Origin: a virus
DNA length: 64,000 nucleotides
Virus record (IMG/VR): IMGVR_UViG_3300033153_007754
Location: 64,001-128,000 of that record
Strand: one strand, 5' to 3'
Shown here: positions 40,460-50,346 of the stretch, piece by piece
Layout of the letters: the number at the start of each line of letters is the position of its first letter
How positions within the stretch are numbered: position 1 is the first letter of the stretch
The notes under the pieces: model-generated
Told to the model about the DNA's origin: nothing
The model's input: only the letters and a program-made list of their open reading frames with translations
The model's database searches: none
Position numbers and translations under genes: made by a program

Positions 40460-40909
40460 TTATTTTTTAGAAATCTTATCTAACACAACTGAATGTACAT
40501 TTTCTCTTACTATTTTATAATTGTATTTAGTTTTAAATTCATCATTAAAAAAGATATAATTATGTACCACTACACCATGAACATAACCATATAATCTTAG
40601 GTGACTTGGTGGATTAAGTTCTTTTATCATTTCTTTCGCAATCTTTATATTTTCTTTTCTAACTTCTTCATAGTCTTTCAATTTACCAACTTTTTTTAAT
40701 ATTCTTTCAAATAAATTTTCTGCTGTATTTTTTTCCAATACTTTCCAGTACCAACTATTGTTGTTTATATACACTTCCCATTCATTTTCGTATTCTAAAT
40801 ATTCTACATACCCGTAATATTTTCCTAATTCATTATATAATAAATCATCAATATCTTTTTCTATTTGTTTGATTATGTTAATGTTTAATGTTCTTTTACC
40901 CTTAGTCAT
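40460..40909 (-). CDS. Early hypothetical protein
   Basis: Behind cassette 5. Confidence 0.7.
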   Translation of the reverse strand: MTKGKRTLNINIIKQIEKDIDDLLYNELGKYYGYVEYLEYENEWEVYINNNSWYWKVLEKNTAENLFERILKKVGKLKDYEEVRKENIKIAKEMIKELNPPSHLRLYGYVHGVVVHNYIFFNDEFKTKYNYKIVRENVHSVVLDKISKK

Positions 40910-40977
40910 ATAATCCTCCCAGATTGTGGTTTAATTGCCACCTATATACAATATACTCATTTATTTAAATTTGTCAA
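40910..40977 (-). promoter_or_regulatory. Early promoter + stem-loop cassette, copy 5
   Basis: TTGACA...TATATT, GTGGC-AATTAA-ACCAC, GGAGG. Confidence 0.8.
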
Positions 40978-41090
40978 GGCTTTTCTTACTTTTTTTTGAT
41001 TATTTTTTAGATATATTACCTAATACAACTGAATGTACATTTTCTCTTAGAATTTTATTATTATATTTACTTTTGTGGATTTATGTTTTT

Positions 41091-41477
41091 TTATTTATAT
41101 TCTCTAAATTGAACATGCTTGAATAGTGGTCTCTTTTTCACAGTACCATCCGGTAAAATTTCTTCACTACTTTCTCGCCGTGTTGTAGCATACACCGCAA
41201 TAATACCATTTTTTTTACCAAAATTAACTAGGTTATATGTTACACCAAACTCACCAGATATGAACAATACATCTCCTTTGTTTAATTTTGAGATTTCCTT
41301 TTTGAATGAGTTAAGCATTTCAGAATCCAATTCCCCATCAGGTGGTACCTGTGAAAATCTCTTTTGTAAATCCTCACTAATAGTTTTAAATTTTTCAATA
41401 CCATATTTTAATGTGGCATCTTTTTTTTGATTCTCATTCATTGGGTGGCTTGTCATTTTTAACATTGTCTTATTCAT
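41091..41477 (-). CDS. Csx20-like protein, putative cyclic-oligoadenylate ring nuclease (start ATG 41477)
   Basis: SH.M...QKKDA, FSQVPP, GDVLFISGEFGVTY, VYATTRRES.E, FKHVQFREY match my recollection of the Csx20 consensus. Confidence 0.8.
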   Translation of the reverse strand: MNKTMLKMTSHPMNENQKKDATLKYGIEKFKTISEDLQKRFSQVPPDGELDSEMLNSFKKEISKLNKGDVLFISGEFGVTYNLVNFGKKNGIIAVYATTRRESSEEILPDGTVKKRPLFKHVQFREYK

Positions 41478-41548
41478 ATCATTCTCCTGTTGAATCATGG
41501 CTTAATTGCCATCTATCTATAACATACGGATTTTTTTAGATTTGTCAA
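41478..41548 (-). promoter_or_regulatory. Early promoter + stem-loop cassette, copy 6
   Basis: Leader nearly identical to copy 1 (ATGGCAATTAAGCCATGATTCAACAGGAGAATGATATG). Confidence 0.85.
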
Positions 41549-41649
41549 GGGCTTTCTTACTTTTTTTGAAATTTAATTTGGATAAAAAACAATAGTACTA
41601 CACATGCTACCCATATAATACAGGAAATTAAAGTGAAATTAAGTTTTAT

Positions 41650-42387
41650 TTATATCCCAACAATATTTGGTTTAATTGGTTCTTTTTCATTAACACTTAT
41701 ATTTGCACGTTCTAATTTAATTTGTTTTTCCACATCATTTTCTTCAACTTCAGATTCATTAATTGTGAAATACTCATTAAATACATCTAATCCAATATTG
41801 TTAATCATAGTTTTACAAGATTTACATTTTCCACAATGACTTAAGACATCATCATGAATTAAGGGGTTTTCACACGTAGATATCATTTTTTTTAATTTAT
41901 CGTCAATCATATTCCATATATGTGTTTTTTTTATTTTAATCAAAGGGAATTTCAAAACAGGTCTTCTTACATATGTATGTATAAATGGTTTATAAGCATT
42001 ATATAATCTCTTGATTTCGGGTAAATAACTAATTGCATCATCACCCATAACATAACCTAGATGTATTTCATCAATGCTACTAGAAAAAATACTACACCCC
42101 ATAATCCATAACACCGGTTGTATTAAAGTTGCACTATACAGGTCACCTACTTTAATATCTACTTTCATTTGTGCACGATTAAATTCAACCCGATTGCCAT
42201 ACCTTTCTTTGAAATAATTATAAATTATATCACGAGCCTTGTTTTCCATCTTGGTTTGTGTTATGTTATTCCCTATTTCAAATTTAATTAAATAAACATG
42301 GTTGTCTGTGCTTGCTTCTAAAGCTTTTTGAATTAAATAAGTAGAATCCAAACCACCTGAAAACGGTATTAAAATATCTTTTCTCAT
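41650..42387 (-). CDS. QueC-like PP-loop ATPase
   Basis: FSGGLDST and Zn site CENP...CGKCKSC. Confidence 0.8.
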   Translation of the reverse strand: MRKDILIPFSGGLDSTYLIQKALEASTDNHVYLIKFEIGNNITQTKMENKARDIIYNYFKERYGNRVEFNRAQMKVDIKVGDLYSATLIQPVLWIMGCSIFSSSIDEIHLGYVMGDDAISYLPEIKRLYNAYKPFIHTYVRRPVLKFPLIKIKKTHIWNMIDDKLKKMISTCENPLIHDDVLSHCGKCKSCKTMINNIGLDVFNEYFTINESEVEENDVEKQIKLERANISVNEKEPIKPNIVGI

Positions 42388-43055
42388 TATTTACCTTCCT
42401 TTTTAAAAAAAATATTAACTAATTGGCTTATATTATTATAATCAATATTTTTCTTGGTTACTAATATATTATCAATAACTTCTTCCATATCTATTAAAAC
42501 GCCTTCTTTAGTATTATATATATCAAAATCAATGAAATTATCCCCATTATCATATTCTAACACCAAATCATTTTCATAAAGTGGCGAAATAAATGGAAAA
42601 TGTTCTAATTGATTAGCAATTTTATTAATTATAAGTAAAACATCTTTATGTATCAAATATGAATATTTTTCTTTTAAATCTTTCAATCTTTTTTCAATCT
42701 TTTCTTTCACGCTTGCTTTGTCAATCTTTTTATAAAAATCCTTAACTAATTGATTTATATTATTATAATCAACTTTTTTTTCTTTTATTAATACATAATC
42801 AACCACTTCTTCCATATCTATTAAAACACCTTTTTCAGTATTATATATATGAAATTCAATATAATCATAATTCCAATAATATTCCAATATTACACCACGT
42901 TCAACACCACGTTCAATTAGTGGATTAACAAAAGGTGGTCGTTCTAATTTACTAGAAATATTATTAATTACAAGCAATACATCTTCATGTATTAGATATA
43001 AACGTTTTTCTTTTAAATCTTTCAATTTTTTTTCAATCTTTTCTTTCACATTCAT
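42387..43055 (-). CDS. Hypothetical protein with two tandem ~110-aa repeats
   Basis: VKEKIEK.LKDLKEK...GVLIDMEEV...DYNNI occurs twice. Confidence 0.75.
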   Translation of the reverse strand: MNVKEKIEKKLKDLKEKRLYLIHEDVLLVINNISSKLERPPFVNPLIERGVERGVILEYYWNYDYIEFHIYNTEKGVLIDMEEVVDYVLIKEKKVDYNNINQLVKDFYKKIDKASVKEKIEKRLKDLKEKYSYLIHKDVLLIINKIANQLEHFPFISPLYENDLVLEYDNGDNFIDFDIYNTKEGVLIDMEEVIDNILVTKKNIDYNNISQLVNIFFKKEGK

Positions 43056-43195
43056 TTATTTTACCCTCCAATTCAATTTTTTTACATTTATTTTTATATT
43101 CACAATTAAAACAACCTATTTTATTACAAGTACATTTTTCAAGTAAACATAGTTGTTTTTTAAGTATATCAATCTTTTTTTTCTTCAAAAACAAC

Positions 43196-43639
43196 TCATT
43201 TTCCATTATGCACACCTATAGAAAATAACCCACGTTCTTTTTTAAATGGACTACTAAATAACGTTCTAATACTAATATAATCAGCGGAATTATCAAACCA
43301 TTCTTCATCAATGCATATACTAATTAAATGTATGGGATATATTTCTTTTTTTTCTTTATTACATCTATCTAATATGATTTTATCAACTTCATTCACAAAC
43401 TTTTTGATGAAATCATTTGAATATAAATATTCTTTAAGATTTATAGTAAAACCATTCAAATATAAATGCGAAAAAAGCCTTAATAAATCGTGTTTTACTT
43501 CCTTATCTTCAATTCCATATTCACTTATCACTCTATATACGTATCTTATACTAATATTCTCTACAAATTCATATAGCTTTCTTATAGCCTTGTTATTATG
43601 TTCTGATGTTACAAAATATTCATCCATGTTTACCCACAA
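43196..43639 (-). CDS. Hypothetical protein
   Basis: ORF. Confidence 0.5.
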   Translation of the reverse strand: MWVNMDEYFVTSEHNNKAIRKLYEFVENISIRYVYRVISEYGIEDKEVKHDLLRLFSHLYLNGFTINLKEYLYSNDFIKKFVNEVDKIILDRCNKEKKEIYPIHLISICIDEEWFDNSADYISIRTLFSSPFKKERGLFSIGVHNGK

Positions 43640-43694
43640 AAAATTAACTATGTGTATAATATCATAAGACTTAAATTTAAGGAATTAAATTGAT

Positions 43695-44471
43695 TTATTT
43701 AGTTTTTCTGAATGACTTTTTAATATCAAAACCAGCTTTTTTTATTTTAGTGTTATTACAGACTTCTGGTATGTTTTTTTCATTAAATCTTGCCGTATAC
43801 ATCAATATTTCCTGATATGCTTCAGTGTGTTCAACTGGTGCATTTATAAATTTTAATGGTATATTTTCTGATACACTCCAAATGGATTCTTCTGGTTTAA
43901 CGTAGTTTGGTTTAACAGGAAAATACGCCCATGAAACATTGCCGTTTTCACCTATTGGAAAAGCATTAAATATAATATTCAAAGAATAAACTTTATTTTT
44001 CATACAATATTCATCAAACACTTTTTTATTTAATATTTTATTAATATTTTTAAAATATTTTTGGTTTTGTCTTGCTTCATATTTATATAAATCATCAATA
44101 TCATAAAAAAATGGACTCACACCCCTACGTTCTTTACGTAATGTCATATAATGATAATAAAGATTTTTAAATCTATCATTTATCTCATAAAAGAATTCGT
44201 TTTTTGGGATTTCCGCACCATCTTTCTCAAAAACTATATAAGGATAGAATTTTCCACAAAAAAACAACACACCCGTTAATAACCCAATATTATCATAATA
44301 TTGCATTTTAGGGATGGCATCCCTATCTGATATAAAAGTGTCAAGTTCTTTTTCTTTCATATCTGTTACATTATTAAAAACCCGTCTTATATTAGTTTCC
44401 TGATAATCATATGCATAAAACATATAATCATAGAAATCATTGTAATTAGAATGTAATACTTTATTTTTCAT
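43695..44471 (-). CDS. Conserved phage hypothetical protein
   Basis: AYQEI...KI..AGFD.K.SFR C-terminal signature. Confidence 0.6.
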   Translation of the reverse strand: MKNKVLHSNYNDFYDYMFYAYDYQETNIRRVFNNVTDMKEKELDTFISDRDAIPKMQYYDNIGLLTGVLFFCGKFYPYIVFEKDGAEIPKNEFFYEINDRFKNLYYHYMTLRKERRGVSPFFYDIDDLYKYEARQNQKYFKNINKILNKKVFDEYCMKNKVYSLNIIFNAFPIGENGNVSWAYFPVKPNYVKPEESIWSVSENIPLKFINAPVEHTEAYQEILMYTARFNEKNIPEVCNNTKIKKAGFDIKKSFRKTK

Positions 44472-44536
44472 ATTTTCCTTCTACTATTTTTTTGAGTTTA
44501 ACCCAGAGATAAAGGGCTATAAGGGATAGTACTATA

Positions 44537-44926
44537 TTAATCATTTCTAACAAGAAAAAATTGTGACTTCTCATCAATATAATTTTTACCCACATAACAC
44601 CTTTTTTTGGTTTTTCTGTCTATAATACCTGTAACCAAACTACCATTATTAAATATAATTTTATCACCTATTTTTAAATTTTTATAATCAGGCAATTTAT
44701 CTAAATTATCTGGTAAAATAATTGTGTTATGTTGCCCTGAATGGAATAAAAATCTTTTATTGTTATCTAAAGTAGAATACACCACTATCAAACATTTTTT
44801 TTGAGATGGTGAAACCCCTACTTTACATATAGATAAACCTTTTCCACGGTTATATGTGCCTGTCCCATTTTGTGTTATAATAACCTTTGTGTCAACTTTT
44901 GCTGTCATAATATCAATGTTTTTCAT
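44537..44926 (-). CDS. Hypothetical protein
   Basis: TTGACA...TATACT promoter and GGGAG RBS upstream. Confidence 0.6.
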   Translation of the reverse strand: MKNIDIMTAKVDTKVIITQNGTGTYNRGKGLSICKVGVSPSQKKCLIVVYSTLDNNKRFLFHSGQHNTIILPDNLDKLPDYKNLKIGDKIIFNNGSLVTGIIDRKTKKRCYVGKNYIDEKSQFFLVRND

Positions 44927-44986
44927 ACTTCACTCCCTTAAAAACATATAAACAGTATATAAGACAATTTCCAATATGTCAAGTTA

Positions 44987-45196
44987 TTAATAAGTTTTCC
45001 CATAAATAAAACGACCAAACACCTTTAAGAAAATACCCACTACCATATCAAATAAAAATAAACCGATATAAAGCACAACAAAGGCAATTATAATTGCAAA
45101 AGTTCCAGCCCAACCTAATTGTGAAGCACCTACAATTTTAAGTACAATCATAAATATTTGTATTAAAAATAATAATTCAATCAATTTTTCCTCCAT
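44987..45196 (-). CDS. Small membrane protein
   Basis: Two hydrophobic segments. Confidence 0.55.
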   Translation of the reverse strand: MEEKLIELLFLIQIFMIVLKIVGASQLGWAGTFAIIIAFVVLYIGLFLFDMVVGIFLKVFGRFIYGKTY

Positions 45197-45741
45197 ATTT
45201 CGTTAATTAACATATAAATAGTATTTTCTTGTTGTGTAGTAAAAGAAGCTTTAGTATTAATAAATCTTTCAGCCCAAATACATGGTGACTTATTAAATTC
45301 TTGTGATAGTGCACACCAATCACAAACCATTTCTGCCATTGATGGGTAATCCATTGTTGTTGCATCCACAATATTACCAGAACCCAATTCACCAATATTA
45401 AAATTTTTATCCCAAAACAGTGGATTATGTTTGTTGGTTGTCATATGATGGAATCTAGCTTGTTTGAATTCTTCCTTTATTTTATCATTAACAACATAAT
45501 CCACTGTTTCATTTAATCTTTTTGATTCATGCAAATCTGTTAATAAAATATAAGGTTCAAGCTCAATTTTAGAAAACTTACTTCCATCATGTTTTTTAAT
45601 TTCTTTAAATTCATCAGGTGTTATTAACCCTAAGTCAACCATTTTTTTAGCAAAATGTACAACTAATGCAATGTGTATAGCTGTACGTTTTACGAAATAT
45701 TCCATCATTTCACGTGTTGTATGCTTACTACATTCCATCAC
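45181..45741 (-). CDS. HD-like metal-binding protein (DUF5662-like)
   Basis: HI..V, HDGSKF, HH...N.H.P, EMVCDW. Confidence 0.7.
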   Translation of the reverse strand: MMECSKHTTREMMEYFVKRTAIHIALVVHFAKKMVDLGLITPDEFKEIKKHDGSKFSKIELEPYILLTDLHESKRLNETVDYVVNDKIKEEFKQARFHHMTTNKHNPLFWDKNFNIGELGSGNIVDATTMDYPSMAEMVCDWCALSQEFNKSPCIWAERFINTKASFTTQQENTIYMLINEIWRKN

Positions 45742-46202
45742 ACCACCTCATTTAATATTTCAAGTATCTTTTCTTCATTATTAAAATCAAATAAATTCGG
45801 ATTAACATAAAAATTATTAGTAAAACAATTAATGTATTTACCACACTTTAATATTTCACCATCAAAACTTTTTAGTCTTAACTTATCTTCATGTTTTACA
45901 AGCATAAATTTTGTCTTAAATACTTGTTGTCTTAATTTATTTAATTCATTTACCATTTTTTTTGTTAATTTATCAGGTTTTACAGCACTATATACATCTA
46001 ATAAGGTTAGTTTTTTTACGCTTAATATATTATCTTTATCAATAAATATTTTATCACCATCTTCAACATCAATACGTTTGGCTTCTTGTATTAATTTTAT
46101 TTTTTTTCCATTTATTTTAACACCTTTTTCTGTCAATACTTTATTTATAGCATCACCATAAACACATGTTAAATAACCATATAAATTAATCACAGTATTC
46201 AC
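45738..46202 (-). CDS. Hypothetical protein
   Basis: ORF in operon. Confidence 0.55.
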   Translation of the reverse strand: MNTVINLYGYLTCVYGDAINKVLTEKGVKINGKKIKLIQEAKRIDVEDGDKIFIDKDNILSVKKLTLLDVYSAVKPDKLTKKMVNELNKLRQQVFKTKFMLVKHEDKLRLKSFDGEILKCGKYINCFTNNFYVNPNLFDFNNEEKILEILNEVV

Positions 46203-46479
46203 TCCTTTCTTTTGCCATTTTATAAATTTGTTTGATAACTAAAACATTCAATAAATCTATATAGAAATCTGTAAAATTGACAACCTCTTTCACGCTATAA
46301 TCACTTGTCTCATCAAATTTACTTAAATCATTAAAAAACTCTTTGAATTCATCCAAAAGCGTTTCAGAATCAAGCTTGTTTGTAAAATACCCATCAACAC
46401 CACACCCAAGCAGTAGGTTAAACCTTTTTTTTGTATCTTCTATGATTTTTACAAATAACACATATTCCAAATCTTCCAT
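46186..46479 (-). CDS. Hypothetical protein
   Basis: ORF in operon. Confidence 0.5.
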   Translation of the reverse strand: MEDLEYVLFVKIIEDTKKRFNLLLGCGVDGYFTNKLDSETLLDEFKEFFNDLSKFDETSDYSVKEVVNFTDFYIDLLNVLVIKQIYKMAKERSEYCD

Positions 46480-46553
46480 AATTTCCCCATTATAAAAAAG
46501 GATTGAAAAAATTCAATCAGGTTATTATAAGTTTTTTGTGATATTTAATAAAT

Positions 46554-47666
46554 TTATTTTTTTAGAATGGTTTTGATTTCTAGTGCTATCTTTGCGTTAC
46601 TATGTTTTTGTATATCTTTTATATCAATTTCGTTCCCATCAGCATCAATAACCAAATCACAATTAATTTCATATTTACCATCCAACTCACTAATAAAATC
46701 TTTTGTTGCATCAGAATGTATAATTGTGATAAATTTAGATATTTCCTGATGTGATTTTACACCACCTTCTCTTGATATAATAGAGTTAATTCTGTGTGTT
46801 GTGATATAAGCAGAATAAATAGGGATTAAAGGATTATTGAATTTCACTTTTTTATTACTATTCTTTTTATTAACACCACTTTTATCATTAAATTTAATAG
46901 ATTTCTTTTTAATATAATAAGTGTTTGCACCATTGAATTTTAAATCATATGGCTTAATTACAATACCTTCTATCATATCACTACCATAAAGGCTTTTTGC
47001 GTTCTCAACATCAAATTCAAGGGCTTCTTTTAATGTTTTAACACCATAATCTTTAATATAATATTCAGATAATCCCAATTCATTAAATAATTCTTTAGTT
47101 TTTTTAGGACTTATTAATTCACCATCCAAAAATAAATCATAAAATACTATTTGTTTATGTTTTGAATATCTAATTTCTTTCTGTATACCATCACCAAACA
47201 TTTCACATTCTAATACAATATGTTTGTGTTTATTTTTATAAAAATCTGCAATAGTGTTTATAACATTTTGATAGTCTTTCACTACATTTTTATGTTCAAA
47301 AAAGTTAATGTTTTCACTTAAATACATAGTTCTTTTACCATAATCAACCACCATTTCTTGACCATCAAAAAATATTGATATTGCAAAATGTGTTCCATGA
47401 ATTTTAGATGTTAAAATCCATTCTTGATTGTTATTAGTATTTATTAAAAGTTTATCTAATTTAGTGTTATAATGATTACCAATTGAGCTGTATTTTCTAA
47501 ATGGAATTAATGTCAATTCACCATTTATTTTTTTATGGATAATACCACTCAATAGAATTCCACAATTAGAACATTTTTTATTGGTAATTTTTCTTTTAAA
47601 TTCATTTAAATCACCAATATTTACAATTTTACTTTCACCACAACTACAATTAATTACATAATTCAT
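46554..47666 (-). CDS. RNA ligase, Rnl2 family, with N-terminal Zn ribbon
   Basis: KIHG, EMFG, FYDL, EGIVIKP, IKKK..KF. Confidence 0.88.
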   Translation of the reverse strand: MNYVINCSCGESKIVNIGDLNEFKRKITNKKCSNCGILLSGIIHKKINGELTLIPFRKYSSIGNHYNTKLDKLLINTNNNQEWILTSKIHGTHFAISIFFDGQEMVVDYGKRTMYLSENINFFEHKNVVKDYQNVINTIADFYKNKHKHIVLECEMFGDGIQKEIRYSKHKQIVFYDLFLDGELISPKKTKELFNELGLSEYYIKDYGVKTLKEALEFDVENAKSLYGSDMIEGIVIKPYDLKFNGANTYYIKKKSIKFNDKSGVNKKNSNKKVKFNNPLIPIYSAYITTHRINSIISREGGVKSHQEISKFITIIHSDATKDFISELDGKYEINCDLVIDADGNEIDIKDIQKHSNAKIALEIKTILKK

Positions 47667-47732
47667 AAAAACCTCCTGATGGGATAATTCCCATTATAAT
47701 AATATTTTATTATGTATTTTTTGTCAAGTTTT

Positions 47733-48104
47733 TTAAAATATCAAGAAAAGAATTGATATTGTATTAATGATTATATGAAAAGTGTTGTCTATTATTATCA
47801 TCAACCATGTTGATAAGAAGGGTGGCGTTTTTTCACCATAACCGAAATTAGTTTTACCCCAACTCCAATTAACCAGTTTAATCCAGTAAACCGCAAGCCT
47901 AAACCTATCAATCAAAAAATGTGTGGAAAATATTACAAATAAAGCTAAGGTAAAACCAGTAATAAAATAAAATAATGCAGTATATAAACCAGCATGTAAT
48001 AATGCAATCCATGTTTTTTTTGTTTTATTATTTGCAATCCAACTATTTTGTAACAAATAATCCCCGACCAAATGAAATAATAAACTTAAGGCTATTTTAC
48101 TCAT
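47733..48104 (-). CDS. DUF3307-like membrane protein
   Basis: HLVGDYLLQ, H..Y, HFLID, DNTFH. Confidence 0.75.
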   Translation of the reverse strand: MSKIALSLLFHLVGDYLLQNSWIANNKTKKTWIALLHAGLYTALFYFITGFTLALFVIFSTHFLIDRFRLAVYWIKLVNWSWGKTNFGYGEKTPPFLSTWLMIIIDNTFHIIINTISILFLIF

Positions 48105-48436
48105 TTATCACCACCAATTAAGATATTAAAATATGCATCCCAGTCTATAGTATGTTCCAATTCAGCCCCTCCATAAACATTGTTTTTACCAACATAAAAT
48201 TTAAAATTATCACTATCAAAAACAAACCAATTTCCACATAAAGTAAATTTTTTACGTTCTTTACTATTTTCAACTCTCACACCTCTTGTTTCAAAACCTT
48301 TTTTTAATAGATATGCTTCCAAATTTTTAGGCGTAAACAATACTTTTATATATGCTGTTTTAATATTAACTTTAAAACCTTTTTTTAAATTTTCAATCAA
48401 TTTATTAATTTTTTTCATTTTTAAAATACCTCTCAA
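48101..48436 (-). CDS. Hypothetical protein
   Basis: ORF. Confidence 0.5.
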   Translation of the reverse strand: MRGILKMKKINKLIENLKKGFKVNIKTAYIKVLFTPKNLEAYLLKKGFETRGVRVENSKERKKFTLCGNWFVFDSDNFKFYVGKNNVYGGAELEHTIDWDAYFNILIGGDK

Positions 48437-48860
48437 TTAAATTATCAACAGTAATGTTTCTATATCCATCAGCACCCTTCTTTTTTAGGGATACTGCGCC
48501 TGTATTATTCCATGTAAACACCCTTAAATATCTTTTAGTGTCCTTATTCAAGATATCAATAAAACCGCTGCCACTGTCGTATTTCATATAGTAATTACCC
48601 TCGAATCCTCTTAGTTTTTTATACCCAGAATTGATTTTAGTGTTTATGTCTTTTGTTTCAACGCCTTCGACGTCAGTTAAAGCTTGAAAATCAACTCTTG
48701 AATTAATCATAAATATCATTTTATGGTCTCCTGTTACTATTCCATAATGTTCATTTAACAAGTAAGTACAACCCGTTATACCAACTTTGTTTTCATCCTT
48801 AAATAATTCACTAAATTCCATTTCTTCTGTATTGTTTCCTATTATTTTTAATAACCTCAT
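48405..48860 (-). CDS. Hypothetical protein
   Basis: ORF. Confidence 0.5.
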   Translation of the reverse strand: MRLLKIIGNNTEEMEFSELFKDENKVGITGCTYLLNEHYGIVTGDHKMIFMINSRVDFQALTDVEGVETKDINTKINSGYKKLRGFEGNYYMKYDSGSGFIDILNKDTKRYLRVFTWNNTGAVSLKKKGADGYRNITVDNLIERYFKNEKN

Positions 48861-49597
48861 TTTAACCCCTTTGATTTTGTTATCAATCGTTGTGTATATC
48901 TTTTAACATTATCGACTGGAAAATGTTGTTCTAAATGTTCAAAAACATAATTTACGTTTACGTCATTTGTTTTATTTTTATCATTCGGAAACATAAAGGT
49001 AAGAATAAGTACCATCACATCCAGCATTTCCTCCCATAGCATACCAGATTTTTTATTTATATCAAAAATACGATTTATCGTATTCCTTGCATCTTCATAG
49101 TAATTTACAGACACACTTAATTCAATTTTACCATCATTTTTTATAATTACATTATGGATGCCAACATCAGGTATTAATATGTTAACATCTTGTTGTTTTA
49201 CTAAAATTGTATCTGTTAATATTAAATCATCATATTTAATTTTACCAACAATTGAATCAGAATCATCAATCATATCTTTTTGGAAAATAATACCTATATT
49301 CCCCATCATTGCATTAAAATTAACACATTCATCAACAAAATATATATCAGAACCATATTCAAGTGGTACGGGTGAGCCAACATCATCATTAATGTTATGT
49401 AAAATTAACACACTACCTTTATAAATTTCATTATCCGTTATTTGATAAAAGATGTTTTCCGCTGTACATTTCGGACTAATCTCAGACCAAACTTCAAAAA
49501 AATTATCACTTTCTTCGTATTCATCTTTAAAGTTTGTTTTGAACTGTCTTATTACTATCATATTTGATACCTCACAAAAAAAGATATAATAACACAA
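48857..49597 (-). CDS. Hypothetical protein
   Basis: ORF. Confidence 0.5.
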   Translation of the reverse strand: MCYYIFFCEVSNMIVIRQFKTNFKDEYEESDNFFEVWSEISPKCTAENIFYQITDNEIYKGSVLILHNINDDVGSPVPLEYGSDIYFVDECVNFNAMMGNIGIIFQKDMIDDSDSIVGKIKYDDLILTDTILVKQQDVNILIPDVGIHNVIIKNDGKIELSVSVNYYEDARNTINRIFDINKKSGMLWEEMLDVMVLILTFMFPNDKNKTNDVNVNYVFEHLEQHFPVDNVKRYTQRLITKSKGLK

Positions 49598-49601
49598 TAA
49601 T

Positions 49602-49997
49602 TTAATTTAAGAAATATTTAATGAAATCTGTTATTTTAATTAAAACTAAAATGCTAGCATAATTATCACCACCCTTTACAGTTCTGGGTTTTTTCTTTTT
49701 TATATATTCTTTTAATACTTCAACTGGAATCATTAATGAAAATTTGTGTTCACCCTTTTTTGTAAAGTTTTGCACCCAAATTTCTGATTCTGTTGTTATT
49801 ATACCCGAATCTTTACCCCAAGACGAAACCTCTATTACCATATTACCAGATTTAACCCATATATCCTTTTCTGTTTTAACTTCACATTTTGTTACACCAG
49901 AAAATATATTATCTACATATTCTTCCCATTGTCGACCAAAAGCCAAATCGATATCAAATTTCTTTAAAACTTTAATGTCTTTACTATCGTTTAGCAT
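49602..49997 (-). CDS. PD-(D/E)XK-like phage protein
   Basis: CEVKTE..W..SGN..IE..S.GK.SGI.TT. Confidence 0.65.
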   Translation of the reverse strand: MLNDSKDIKVLKKFDIDLAFGRQWEEYVDNIFSGVTKCEVKTEKDIWVKSGNMVIEVSSWGKDSGIITTESEIWVQNFTKKGEHKFSLMIPVEVLKEYIKKKKPRTVKGGDNYASILVLIKITDFIKYFLN

Positions 49998-50000
49998 ACC

Positions 50001-50330
50001 CTATACCTCCTCATATGTTTCTAAAATAATACCACTGCTATATCCACCTTTTTTCTTAATTTTATTTGAATATAAATCTAAGACATCTTCGATTACCATT
50101 TCCGGATTTACCAATAAAAATAAACTAATAACATCACATGCAAATGTACTAAAATCTGTTTTTGATGTTAAATCAAGGTGTTTTATGTCATCATTTATTT
50201 TTTTCATTACTTCTTTGTTAATATCCCCTTTAAGTGGTTTAATTGTGCATTTACCACCCTTTTCAACTATCATTTGCGGAACATTGTTTCTAACTAAAAG
50301 ATTATAAACCGCTATTTTATTGTTTTCCAT
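50001..50330 (-). CDS. Hypothetical protein
   Basis: ORF after the helicase. Confidence 0.5.
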   Translation of the reverse strand: MENNKIAVYNLLVRNNVPQMIVEKGGKCTIKPLKGDINKEVMKKINDDIKHLDLTSKTDFSTFACDVISLFLLVNPEMVIEDVLDLYSNKIKKKGGYSSGIILETYEEV

Positions 50331-50346
50331 TTCACCACCTTAAAAA

